Assembly (NCBI GenBank): GCA_964057225.1
Contig: OZ059898.1
Coordinates: 5,270,001-5,334,000, forward strand
From: Auanema rhodensis
Taxonomy: Eukaryota > Animalia > Nematoda
Length of the DNA stretch: 64,000 nucleotides
Direction: 5' to 3'
Part shown: positions 1 to 23,319 of the stretch, in pieces
How the letters are laid out: every line of letters begins with the position of its first letter
Numbering within the stretch: position 1 is the stretch's first letter
The notes under the pieces: model-generated
Database searches by the model: none
Told to the model about the DNA's origin: nothing
Seen by the model: the letters and a program-made list of their open reading frames with translations, nothing else
Position numbers and translations under genes: made by a program

Positions 1-997
1 ATGCATTAATTGAACAAGTGTCCGACTTAAATATGCGTTCTGAACGCTCTGCCACGCAAATAGGTATCGACTATTTTAAACACAGTTTAAATGGCTGTTT
101 ATTAAGCTAGAAACATTTCTGCATCAAAGTTACTAGTTGATATGGAAGAGGATGAGTGGGACAGGTTTATTGATAGTCTTATATCAACCGCGATACATGA
201 TAGTGAAACCGACTTTGTTGTCAGTCTCTTCGTGCCTCTTATGGGTAAGAAAAAAGAAATCGTTAAAGATTTCCACGTTATCATTTAAGAATTCGAATTG
301 TTTTGCTCCACTATGTCACAAAAGTTGATGACCATGTGTTCTTCATATATTATGGATGGCGAGGATGACTCTGATGCTATTCCCGCTTTTCTAGGTTCTA
401 TCTTATGTGCTAACTGGCCACGTACGATTTCAAAAGTAAAAGGGATTATAGTATTTGTTCAACCTTTTTTTCTTAGGCTATTGATACTGTAAATCCTGTT
501 CTTTTCGACGCAGTTTCTATCATTAAAGGATGGATTCTTGTTTTAACAGAAGATAATGAGGTAGGTGATTGATTGTTTGAAATATTGTGAATTTATTTTC
601 CAGGCTTGCCGAAATGAAGATGACGGTGTTCAAGATCCAGATAGGGAGGAACCCGAAATCGTTAACAGGTATCGATTTTATGATTGATATTTGTGTACCT
701 TGTGTATGACGTAGATGTGCTAAAGCCATACACAGCCTATGTGCAACAGCCCAAAGATCATTATGGATGAAATGGCCAGATATATGTGACGAAGTGTATG
801 CCGCCATTAAACCAGCAATTACTTATAATACATCTTTATCTGGGTGAAACATGGATGTCGGATATTATAATTACTATTCTTTTTTTAGAAATGTAAAAGA
901 TCTCTTACTACATACGCTAATATCCTTACACTTATGGACTAAAACTAGATCTACTACAACGAAATCAGTTTCTACTCAAACTATTTCAAGAAGTTAA
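1..997 (+). CDS. 3' part of a multi-exon gene for an uncharacterised, predicted alpha-helical protein with a C-terminal TQT motif (5' end outside window)
   Basis: Phase-consistent GT-AG exons give ...DMEEDEWDRFIDSLISTAIHDSETDFVVSLFVPLM-EFELFCSTMSQKLMTMCSSYIMDGEDDSDAIPAFLGSILCANWPRTISK-AIDTVNPVLFDAVSIIKGWILVLTEDNE-...-CAKAIHSLCATAQRSLWMKWPDICDEVYAAIKPAI...LWTKTRSTTTKSVSTQTISRS*, TAA at 995-997. Family not recognised. Confidence 0.75.
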
Positions 998-3900
998 GTT
1001 GTATATGTTTAAACATTCTTCTCTACCGAAAATCGTTTTGTATTTTTATATTTTGCCCTATATTATAGTTTATATCAACTTTCTCACGAGTTTGAATATT
1101 ACATGTTGTAAAAAGTGTTAACTCTTCATATCTGTATAAGCTGTTTAAATGGCAGATTTTTAATAGGTTTTTTCTAACAAATTAATTCCAAGATAAGATT
1201 GTTTAATTTCGAAATGTGATCTCAATGTTGAAAATTATCTAATAATTAACATAAAGCTTTATCTTTCCATATCTGTTAAATTAGTTTTCCATTATCCAAT
1301 TATGCCTACAACGTTTTCAGTTTTTTTCCCGATGTTATTAGCATACTATCGCTGTAAGCATGTTGCTAAGCAAAAATTGATTCTGTTCCAGAATCTTTCG
1401 TTGCCGCATCTTAGTCGTTTCGATGGCAGTAGATTTTGTCAGTTGTCTGATCTACAACAAATTCAGACGAACAAACCAACGTAAATTGGGTATTGGAGGA
1501 TATTAGAGAACGTGATGATGGGCTGGCATGGAATTATGTGGGAACAAAGTATTGTTTGAAAAGAATGGAGGGAAAGTAAAGAAGTTCAGCTCCTGCTGCC
1601 AGTCTGGAGTGGCAATGAAAGACGAGGACCTAATATAGGAAATATGTAAGCGCGCATGAGAAAGTTCGACCGAAAAGGCAAGCTATGATGGAGTCGCATC
1701 TGCAGGTCAGTCTTTTGCTCTCATTCTTTGTTCCCCCCTCTGTTTCTTTCTATTCTAACTCCTACTCTCGTTCTCTCGTTCTTTCGTTCTTATCCTCTCA
1801 GCTCCGTTAGTCTCTGTAGGTTAAATTTTGCGAACGCAAGTAATTGTTCGTCTTTGAAACCACAAATTCAACGTTGGGGACGAGATGTATCCAAACGATG
1901 ATGATCGCTTAGTATGGGATAGTATTTATAAGTGGAAGAAATAGTGTGCTTTTGACCGGAGAAAAACGACAATATGGTCTAGTATTGGTTTTGAGTCTGA
2001 AGAGATTTGTATTTCGTATATGTTTAAAAATCAGTTTGCACTCGATCTCTGCTTTAGTTTTAAGAAGAGCTGGCGAAAATTGATTAAATGATGGAAAAAG
2101 AGAAAATGAGCATACTAGCAGCGGAACTTTTATGTTGCTGTATAAACAAGAATTGAGTGGGTTGGCGTCAATGATTTGCTTCGTTCATATTATGGACATT
2201 TGAAGCCAGTCCAATGAACTATGTGGCTGTTTCCGAGAATTTTCTATAGGAGATTTGTTTTCCTTAGTGGAAAAACGAATTAAAAGGGAATGAATTCAAC
2301 CGTTTTGTGAATATGTTTCGATAAAAATGGACAAGCGTTAATTTACGTGAGACCTATCTTAGGTAATCTATTGCTGAAACAATACATTAAAATTATATTT
2401 TCTTAGAAAATTGAAACTTTTTTGTTGCAACGTTTTGTGTAATAATGTTCATTAACGAAATCGAAATTTTGAGTGCCCACCGATCATTCTGCTCAGCATG
2501 TTGCTATACATAGAGGGGAAGCTAGTCTTTATAGTTGAAAAGGAAGTGAATAGTTTGGGTTCAGGGAATCATTTCTTAAATAATTTAGAATTTGATATAA
2601 ATACTGGTTGTTTCAGTAAATTAATTTGATTGATTGGATGTTGCGACTATTCATTAAGATCTTTTAAGTCTGAATTTTCTGTGTAATAAAATTATAAAAA
2701 GAAAGCATTTCTGATTTCTTAATAACAACGCTCTTAAATAGTTTTATTTTCTTAAAAATCGGTCAGTTATTTCCCATGACAAATCTTTTGGTCATAATTG
2801 TGCTATACATGGCAATGAGACAAGGATTCATGATGGCAGTCGTTGCTATTTTAAAAGAAATGAAGGAAAAGAATGGGAGAGACGTAGAAAAAAGGTCCAA
2901 AGAGTGCAGACGAACAGAGAAAGAATGAGGATGCAAAAAGCAGATTATAGTATTTCCCTCAAACTTGCAAAAGTGGAGAACTGGAAAAGACTAGCGAAAG
3001 TTGATGTGAAAAGTCAACGAGAAAGTAAAATACATTGCAGTCAAATATGAAAAAATATTAGATTGTCTATATCTTATATTAAAATAAAAAAAATGATAAA
3101 ATAGGGGTTATCACTTTAGCTTATTAAATGCTTATTTTCTACTGAATTAAAGTAGCTTAACTGAAGATTGAAGCAGAGCTCCTAAGATTGAAAAGCTGCT
3201 CAATATAAAAATAATTGTATGAAATGAAAAGAGAGAGAGTGAGAGAAAATAAGAGATAAGAGGATATAACATGTTGATTTTTGATTTATACTACTCCAAG
3301 TGTAATTGCAAGAAGGTTTTTGCACTTGTAAAAACGTTTTGAAGTTCATTTATCTTCTCTAAACGTGATTCAATTTTTTTTCAAAAGAAGGCTATATTAA
3401 TAATACTTGCATTAGTTTGAAATGAACTTTATGTGCCTTAAATTGAGAAAAAAGGCATCTGCCAGGCAGCTGTTCAGTACCTATTTCGTATTTCAAGGCA
3501 TAAGACATGAAATGATTTCCATGGGCTATTGAATGTGTTCGTATTTTTTCTTAGGCTGCTAACATTCATTGACCTTGAAAAGGAAAACAAAGACTTTAAT
3601 TTCCAAAAACTATATCTTATGTTAAAACTTTTTTATTTTTTGATTTTAACCTTATAGTTTTTTCATGTATATCAGCTCTTTTATATATGTTATTATTGGT
3701 TTTCTAAAGATAATTATTTCAATTTTTAACTTTAATTTAAAGATTAATAAAAAAAAGATTGAACAATATGTTTTTTATATTTTATTGTCTATATAATAAC
3801 TATTTATTTTATTTTCCTTTGATTTGATCTTTTATGTTTTTCTTCTTTTCTTATATAATATTTTAAATTGTCTTTACTTTCACTGAATCCACCAAGTTCA

Positions 3901-4333
3901 TCAGCTTTGGCTTTATTTATTTCAGCATTCAGTTATCCTTTCCGTACTTGATGGATTTTTCCGTAGACAAGTAGAATGAAAGAGAACACTACGGAGAAAT
4001 AGAAAATGGAAGAAAAAGCCGAGAAACAGAGGGACGTTGAAAGATCAGAAAAGAGAAAGAAAAAAGGTTGAAAGTGGGCGATGGGGAGAAAAAACTCAAT
4101 AGAAGGATGCAAGATAAAAATATGTATAATATAAATTTTATTCAACAAATATAATTTTTTTGAAACAATTCCAAATAATGAAATAGAACCCGCTCAGTAT
4201 AATGAGATCAATCAATTACATGGAAAAAAAATATTATAAAAAAATACAAATTGGAATATAGTTATAATTATTTTTTGAAAGAATTATTACCTCTGTAGCT
4301 AAATAGTTTTTGTTGTTATTGAGCTATGGAAAA

Positions 4334-14307
<9,974 letters not shown>

Positions 14308-16313
14308 TTGGATGACTTCGTCAACTGATAGAGTTCTCGTCTACAATATAAATATTTTGATAATTATTATATAATTTCACAAATTATATGTTTCTTATAA
14401 TGAATTAAGAACAAAAATTGAATTTAATTGATGAAGAAAGGTTGAAAGTATCAAATGTACACTGATGCAGTCATTTCTCATAGATCTTACATGAACGTTC
14501 TGCTTTGAAAGCGAAATGTGAGATGTTCAAAGCGGATATGCACGTGCATGATGTCCCACACTATAGACAAAAATGTATTAAAATAAAATATCAGATAACA
14601 AGAACATGAAAGAAAAATGGAAATTTGCGCTTCTCTAGTCTATTGTTCTGTGTGTTTTAATTTTTGGAAAATTGTGAACTGTGCGAGCAGCTTGAGTACA
14701 ATATGGCAAAGCTTATAAATATTACTCAACATGACAACAAAAAAATATATATACGTTGATAAATAAAACATAAAGAATGTATAGAATAATAGTAATTTTA
14801 ATAAATAAAACAATACAAATTAATTTGAGAAAAATATTTTAACATATTCTTAAATTCACAATTAACCAATTATGTCATTTAATTATTCAATAATAATATA
14901 AGTATAATTCTTATTTTAAAAATAATAATATGAAAGGCCAATAGATACTGTATGACATAAAAATGGAAAATAAACAATTTATTCGTTGACAATTTTTCAA
15001 ATAGCTAAGTAGATAATACTTGCAACATTGGAAAAGAAAAAGAGTTTCAAAGGACATGAACCTGTGTTGTGCTGAATCGATCAAATTTGATTAAACTAAG
15101 GAGAAAAGTAATGCAGTTTCACGTTTCTAAGAGACAGCTATTCCTACAAAATTTTATTTCATGCTGAAGACATGGAATTCAATAAATAAGAATATCTATT
15201 CTAAAGGTGCTAAAATATATGAATAACAACAGCAACCAGTTATTCTTGAACACTTCATGATTAGAAAATATTTGGCAACTCAAGAATGCATACATGTAAA
15301 AGATGATAACATGAAAAATATGTATATATATGTATATCTATATATGTATATACATTTGTATCTATCTATATATTCATGTACATATATGTGTGTATATAGA
15401 TATATAGTATAGATGTATGTAAACATCTGCGAGGAGATATTGATACTAGATAGAAGATGAAGTAAGAATTATCTGGGTGGTTTTCTAATACATTGAGTAC
15501 ATACCAGGCCAATCAGTTTCCCGCTTTTCTTAGATTTGTGCCGCATAATCAACAATTTGAAATCGTTGCAAAACTCGTAGACATAAAATAGAATAAGGTG
15601 CCCAATAAGGCAGTAGATTCGTTGAAATTTGATAGTCAGAAGACAACGAAAGCTCATGGGATTTAAAAAGATTTTCCAATTTTTTTCCGTCAAAAAAATG
15701 AGCTGAACTATTTTTCTCAGTTTTAACACAAATGGAAGCATAATTGCCAACATTCCAGTCGTATAAATATCGGTTAGCTGGTTAGAATACTAGTATACGT
15801 AAACAAGAACAACATGATATAATTCTTTTTTTTTCATTAGGTGGTTGCACGTATAATTTATTTTTCTTTAATATAATATTTGTAAATGTCTTCCTCAATT
15901 TACAAATTAAAAGGTGGAATACGAAAAAGGATTCGTTGCAACTTGATTATTGTAAATTTTAATAATTCGAATTGAAATCGGGATAAATAAATAATGTTTA
16001 TATGTTCTTTTTGTATTCACTGTTAAAATGTTGCAACCATATGTGTATGAATCTGTATGTAGTGTTATATATAACTTGTTGTTTCCTTCTTTTTGATTTA
16101 TTAAAAACAGATCAAGTAATTATATATTGCTCATTAATTGTTTTATTTATAGTCTTATTCTGATAAACTGTGAGCAAACATATTTAACATGAATACATAT
16201 AAATAAGTTATAGATTAAAACGTAATACACTCAAAAATCCTAAGTATATAAAGCTTGAAGAACTAATTAAATGCGTAATGTAGCAATAAAACTAACAGAT
16301 CTTTAGTGGAAAA

Positions 16314-17409
16314 TTATTGCTCTTTTTTCTCTTCTGCCATAGCTTTTTTAGCTCTGGATGACAACTTTTCTTTGCATTCATTGTATAGATTGAAAAGATC
16401 AAACTCCAGAATGCAATTATCCTTGAAAATAAATTTAAATACAAAATATATTTGATGCTTAAATACCTCTGTAAATACAAATGGAACTGCTCTCCGTTTC
16501 TCGTTAACTATTGGTCTACGTCTAACTTCCTTACCATCCCTAGAACTTGTATTTAGAATATATAAAAATTGAAAACTGTAACCTATATAAGCATACGGTA
16601 GGCAATTGACGAGAAGTAGGATGCGCATTAACGCAAAAACGCTCAGCTTCTTTTGGAGAACGTCCCAAGTCTAGCTTAGCAAACTTCAAATTAGGCAATG
16701 TAAACCTGAAGTTTATAACTTTTGAGAAAACAATGAAACTATTAAAAAATACTTGTCACTAAGTTCAGCAAATACAGGATTCACATGCTTACAATCTTGA
16801 CTCCAAGTAGCATAATACATGACTACCCATGTGATTGATTTGTTTTTCAGAAGCTCATCCTAAAAATATTAATTTAATTTAAAAAAAAACTAATTAAATA
16901 GACTCACATATAGCTCAGTTCCCTTGAAGTAGGTGATTTTCTCAGGGCCAGCGTAAGCAGGCTCAGGGAATATAACGTAAAAAACTTAATAAAACGCGAA
17001 CTCATTTATATATATACTACAAAATCTTACCAATGCAGATAATAAAATATGCAATACCCATGATAGGATCAGCTCTACCAAAAAGAAAAACGTTAGCTAC
17101 CTTAGCAAAGAAGAACACATTATTCAAATAATGCATCCAGTTAGTTGCTTTTCTTCCTTTCATTGCTATAACAATGGCTAGAAATATTAAAATTTCTCTT
17201 TCACGCTGGAACAATTATGAAAATAAAAGTTAGTTTATGTATATGCTTACATTATCTATTGAGCATCCGTCTTCATCATTCTCCCAAGTGAATAGATATT
17301 CACAAAGTGATGGCACACCTTTCAGTATAAGAAAACATATCGATAATAGCAAGTTCGAAAAATGATATACAGTTAGAGCCCGTTTGGCTTCATCAAGATA
17401 ACGGACCAT
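16314..17409 (-). CDS. TMX2: Thioredoxin-related transmembrane protein 2 (TMX2) homolog
   Basis: REREILIFLAIVIAMKGRKA..., FPEPAYAGPEKITYF, atypical active site YATWSQDC, FAELSDKFTLPNLKFAKLDLGR, SRQLPT, DGKEVRRRP, C-terminal KKEQ ER-retrieval signal. Confidence 0.92.
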
Positions 17410-17771
17410 TGTCTAAATATAAATTCAAATTAAGAACCAGAAACGAATATTAGGAATTTTCGCAAAATCAATGATTATATAAGTTACAATATATATCAAC
17501 TTTAAAACATTTTAGAAAAATAAAACATTAAATTAACGCTTAATGTGTCACTAAATGCTTTAAAAAATTAATTTAGATATCAAAAGTAGTCGCAAACTTA
17601 CGTTATACGCAAATAAAGGAAAAGGAATTTTTTCCTGCTAATGCTTATTTCATTGAAAATGAAATAAAAATGCTTCAAATTTATTATTTTATTCTTTAAT
17701 TTTCAAAGATTATCAATACTTGTCAATGCTTCATATAAATGCTTTATTTTTTTTTAGATTTAAGTTTTTCA

Positions 17772-18523
17772 ATGCCTCGCGACGACCCAATAACTGAGGA
17801 AGAGCGCAAAGCTCATGATGCTTATGACCTCATTCGTATGCGGTTAGATCGTTTGGAAAAAAATATAGTTTGTTTGTTTGGCTTATTCTATGCATATTTT
17901 AATTTTAGCACAAGCCTGTAGCCATTCCTGCGCGAAGGGATCCTCTAAGACCTCCTCCACCACCACCTGAATTTGTTAGAAATGTTGTAGGTTCATCAGC
18001 TGCAGCGGGCAGTGCAGAATTTCACATTTATAGGTAAAATATATTTTAAGATTGTTTGTAATGTGATTTTATTCAGAAATAATAGAAAAAAGGAGCAAAA
18101 TCGACTAGACTATATCGCAGCTGTGGCTGAAAGAGAAGAGTTGGATGCTAAATATAAGTAAGCTTTTTTGAATAACTCAATTTGCGTTTATTCTTTTTAT
18201 TTCAGAGCAAAAAAAGATGAAATAGAACAAGCTGAAGCTGAGAAAACTGCCAAAAAGAGAGCAAAGCGGCTAAGACAAAAAGAAGCTGCAAAAAAAGCTC
18301 GAAAAATGAAGGTTAATTGTTATGGTTTATACCTAATAAGTAAGTCTTACAGAAAAACAAAGAATCTAGTTCCGACGAAGAAGAAAGTGATGATGATGGT
18401 TCTGAAAATGATGAAAAGAATAGTCCTTCGGCTCCTAATGACGAAAGGAATAGTCCTTCATCTGCTTCTGATGTAACAGAAAAGAAAGATGTAAAAAATG
18501 ATGAAGAAGATAAAAACACTTAG
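17772..18523 (+). CDS. PRKRIP1: PRKR-interacting protein 1 (PRKRIP1/DUF1168) spliceosomal factor
   Basis: [38 protein letters not shown] and [15 protein letters not shown] are the family signature; acidic C-terminal tail; TAG at 18521-18523. Confidence 0.93.
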
Positions 18524-18649
18524 TTTTATTATTTGTTGATATTTGTAATAAAAGATCTCAGTTTGTATTTCCCTTTTATTATTTAAATTCGATTTTTTCG
18601 ATATTCATATATAATCCTGTTATCTTTCATTTTTATTTCCATATCATAG

Positions 18650-20660
18650 ATGTCTAATTTATACGAATTAATGGTGGGTCCTCAACTGTATCGACATTTT
18701 GATCGAGGGCAACACAATTATAACATGCCTGAGTATTTGGGTAATACCGCTATGTCCTTATGCAGAGGTATTTTGTGTTTTTGAGGCTTATATTTATGAT
18801 GCATGATTCCAGGACTTTTATACTTTTCTACATCTTTAGCTTTTGGACCTGTTATTGGTCTCTATTTATATAGTCGAAATTTACTAACTCCTAATACTAT
18901 TTTATTTGTTATAAAATATGCTGGCATGCTTACCATTTTTTCTTATGTTGGAAGGTTTTATTTGTATTATTATTGCCATATTCATTCATGATTTCTAAGA
19001 TTGATTGGACGGTCTATGGATCCACTTTATCGAGAATTTTTAACTGCTTATTTAAAAGCAAGGTCTTCTGGTAAACTGATCGATAATGAGGTAATTTATT
19101 TGATATGATTGTTCTAAAAATATAAGGTTTTCAGGCTCTTAAACATTTTGATTTTGAACTATATGGTGTTAATGCTGATTATACTGCAGTACAAAACCAA
19201 GAATTGTGGTATCTTAATCCTGAAGTTTCCAATGGTAATATAATAAATTATAAATTTAAATTTATAAAAAATATATAAAAAATTAAATATAAATTTTTAA
19301 ATTTTAAACGTGATTTTTTCTACAGCTAATCCATTAACAAAACTTGCTGCTTATTATGCAATCAAAGCTTTTGGAAGACATATGCTTTATCCTGGATCAA
19401 TGGGTCTGTTAAATTATTTGCTTGCTGACAATCTCCGATTAGCAAGATCTTTGTTGGTTACACGAAAGGTTTTTTCGTTATTCTATTTTTTTGTTTACAA
19501 GTATTTAAGCGAGGTGACAGAGTTTGGATTCGTACTACTAAAGGAGATTTAATTGATGCTATGTACATTCCTCCTGCTTATGGTGAACACAGTACTCTCG
19601 TAATTTGCTGTGAGGGCAATGCCGGTTTTTATGAAATCGGAATTGCCAATACTCCTACAGAACTTGGATACGGTGTATTAGGTTGGAATCACCCAGGTTT
19701 TGGTGAGAGTTCTGGTTTGCCATATCCTGAAAGAACACTGGCTGCTGCTGATGCTGTTATGCAGGTATACAAAACATTTTTTCAAATAATTTTTTGTTTA
19801 TACAGTATGCTATTAACGTTCTGGGATATGAAGAAAAGAATATTCTTCTTTTTGGATGGTCAATTGGTGGTTACCCCTCATCATGGTTAGCTGCAAACTA
19901 TCCTAGTCTGTTTTTCTTTTTTTTGTAATATGGTATTGCTTTTTAAGGTATTCGGGGACTGGTTCTGGATGCTACATTTGACGATGTCTTGCCTCTAGCT
20001 GAAGCTAGAATGCCCAAGGTTTGCTCAAAAATAGTCATGTTTATTTATTATCAGTGTTTAGTTATTATCTGGAGTCGTACAATATGCTATTAGAAATCAT
20101 TTTAACCTTGAGATTCATAGAATTGTTAGTTTGCCAATCGAATTATCTTCTATCTATTTGATTGTAGCTCGCAAAATACAAAGGACCACTTCGTCTTATC
20201 CGCCGCCTACAGGAAGACATTCTAACCACTGATCACACTGGCGGTGAAGAACAAAAAAGAGCTTCCAATAGAGCTAATTTCTTACTAAAAGAAGTTTTGA
20301 AATCTCGTCACCCAACTGAATTAGAAGGGTTGGAGCCACAGGTATAAAATTCCTTTGGTTGATGATTACTGATTGGTATTTTAGGTTGATCGTTGGCTGA
20401 ATATGTCTCTTGATGAACGGAACTTTTATGTTCAAACAACTGCTGTAATTAATGAAAATAAATTTAAAAAGTCATGATTCTTTTATAGGAGCCATCGAAA
20501 GTTTCAACTTTGTTCTCACTGTGTTCTTGTTACTTTGACGATTTTGATGCTACTCATGTAACACCTTTGGACCAAAGGTATTTTTTATTTTGTGATAGAT
20601 CACAGAAATATTGAATTTAGATATTTCATTGTTCCGAGCGATCGAACCGATTTGCGCTAA
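18650..20660 (+). CDS. ABHD16A: Alpha/beta hydrolase ABHD16A (BAT5; phosphatidylserine lipase family)
   Basis: FGRHMLYPGS, LVICCEGNAGFYEIG, GYGVLGWNHPGFGESSGLP, nucleophile GWSIGG (~19854), LVLDATFDDVLPLA..RMP, RLIRRLQEDI, SNRANFLL, DFDATHVTPL. Confidence 0.94.
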
Positions 20661-21492
20661 TTATACAACTCATAAAACTTGAAAACCTTAGTATTGTGCA
20701 TGTATATGATTCACTTTTATGAGTTTAAAGGCTCGTGGCTCTGCACTTTAATTTATTCCTTGACAACACAATAAATTTATAGTCATTTATTAAAAATCTT
20801 TTATAATTATCAGCATACAAAAAGCGATTGAATTAAGCAGGAGGAAGTAAAAAATAATTTTAAAAAGCATTAAGTACTCCAACTTGCTTAGCACCATTAC
20901 TCCATTAGTAACAACAACCTTCATGAAATAACTAGCCGTCCGGAGCGAGAAGACTAGATACAATTTTTTGAGCAAAAAGCAATGTATTAGGCTCAAGGAA
21001 TATAGAAAATCTGATATAAATATTGGAATAAAAACAAGCAATAATAGAGAGAGAGGTATGAAAAGACAGAGATCTGAGAGCATTAGGATAATAAGAACTT
21101 GAATTCCTGGCACAATATACATAAAACTTGGTCATGAATAACAGTGCGCATTTTCAATTCAAGAATAAACGAAAATGAAAATAACCTACATTCTCTGAGA
21201 GTTATATAAAGAAAACTTTCTAAACTTATTTTTAAAATATGGCAATGTTTGCAAAATGAAAAAAGGTGGCAGCAGTAGTGAACTATACGGTCTTCTCTAT
21301 AAATATAATTAGAATAAATAAATCATCACAAATGAATGAAAAGTTTAAGAAATTACAAAATAGTTTGTTAGGTACTTAGTGCTGATGAGTATTCAAATCA
21401 ATGGCAATTCACTCAGGAGAACAAGAGATCAAAAAATGAGATCACTAATAGAAAACCGATGAGATGAGTATAGGAATACGAAAAATAAGAGA

Positions 21493-23319
21493 TCAAACAT
21501 CAACCGAGTATCGTTTAAGCTCTGAGAACACTTCAGAAAAGTATGATGATGTAGAATTCAGTCGAAGCATATCAGCACTTCTAGAAGAAATGATAGAAAC
21601 ACAGCGTTGCCAGAATTTGTCTCGATCCTGCAATTATAACATTCATATTTTTGAATTGCAAAATTAATTCTTACAGTTTCAACAATGAATGGCTTAAGAG
21701 GATAAGATATTTCATTGCCCATATATGAATATGAGATGTATAAGCATGTTAAAACCCATGCTCGTAAATCTTCTTCTGTATGAATTGATAGTTCATCTGA
21801 AATCATAAATATAACAATACATATATTTTACAGAAATTGAACCTGGTATGACTTCACGTATTAACATGAATACAAAAACCAAATTAGCTGGGTTTATAAA
21901 AGCAATATCTTGCCAACCCTGAAATTAATGATTTGGTTATTCTAAGATATATTCAAAAAACGATACCTGGAGTAATAAAGCACGATCAACCGTTCTAATC
22001 CACATAACCAAATGTGATGGCTCAAAGCCTGGTGGAGCTTTGTGTTGACAGATAAAGTGGCCAAGTCCTCTAAGTAATTCAGAAGTTGAGGCTTGTATAA
22101 CAGTTTTCCTTCTTATGACCTTCAATAATTTATATTATTATAAGGAAAATATACGAATTTTGAATACTTCTGGCTCATGAAGCTTCTTCTTTTCTTCATA
22201 TTTTCTTTCTAATCGTGTTACAATTCCTGTATCGTAACTTGATGATAAAACAGAATTTGCATTTTTGGAATGCCAATCAATGCTTCTGAAAAGGATTTTG
22301 AATGTTGCTTTCGGAAAAATATAATAAAATAATCTTTCATTTGCAATTTTGCTGACCTGGTATGTGTAGGACTAAGAGGAGTTTTAGCCTGTGGCCCATC
22401 TGGACTAATTAAATTATTATTAGCAAAGTCCTGTTTATTTAAACGCAATTCTCGTTGTAATTCCTCTCGTATGCTATAGAAATTTGGAATCACTGTTGTC
22501 TCTGGCTCATATCTAAAATCATATTATGAACAATGATTTGTATAGAAAAGCTAAACCTTTTATAGTTTTGATTATTATCCAATGTCACTGGCACTTGGGA
22601 ATATGGTAAATCACTGTTCTGTGATCGATAAGACGTTATACTATCTGTGGAACGAGATGAACTAATCAAGTCTAAAGTAAAATTATAAAAAGTATATATG
22701 TACATTTCATTGTATATGATATACCATTCGATTTTGGTTTACGACTAACAACTGGTTGAATATTTTTTCGACTCCAATTCCATCCTTGAACTAAAACTGA
22801 TTGACGCTTTGTATTATATATTGGACCATCCGACGGTGAAAATAGATGGTTACATACCTAGAAATATCAAATTGTATAAATATTTGAAGATACATATGTA
22901 TGTTCAACCGATCTCTTTGGTTTATTCAAGTAAATGGGAACACGTGTTTCACGTGAGTTTCACCTTTCTTTTTCGTTTTTGTTAACAAAATGTAATATAC
23001 ATAAACATCGAAATTAAAAATTTAGTCTTTAAACCAAAAGTTCGAAAGCGCAAGAGAGTAATTAATGTATTGACTAGTTTGATGAATAAAACTTTTGCAC
23101 TTACAAATCTTGAAGGCAAAGGTTATGTAAGACAAGTAATGTCAATGAAATTGGTGCCCTTTCCACGAAAAATGGTAAAGAGAAAAATACGAAATTCAGT
23201 TATTATTTAATCTAATTTAGAGAAAAAAAACAAAAAATTTATGGGAAAGGAACAAACTCAGAACGACTTACTGAGGTCGGTGGTCGATGAGGTAAAGGGG
23301 AAGTAAGACTAGCGCCCAT
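21493..23319 (-). CDS. cdka-1: Cyclin-dependent kinase 5 activator p35 (CDK5R1 family)
   Basis: N-terminal myristoylation-type MGASLT; [82 protein letters not shown]. Confidence 0.95.

Noticed and set aside
1300-2400. GC-richer island with splice-like signals (MMESHLQ|gtcagt)
   Set aside because: All attempted splices hit early stops; more likely regulatory or non-coding.
15771-15783. CGGTTAGCTGGTT resembling the 3' half of miR-34
   Set aside because: Seed half (GGCAGTG) absent and no hairpin evident.
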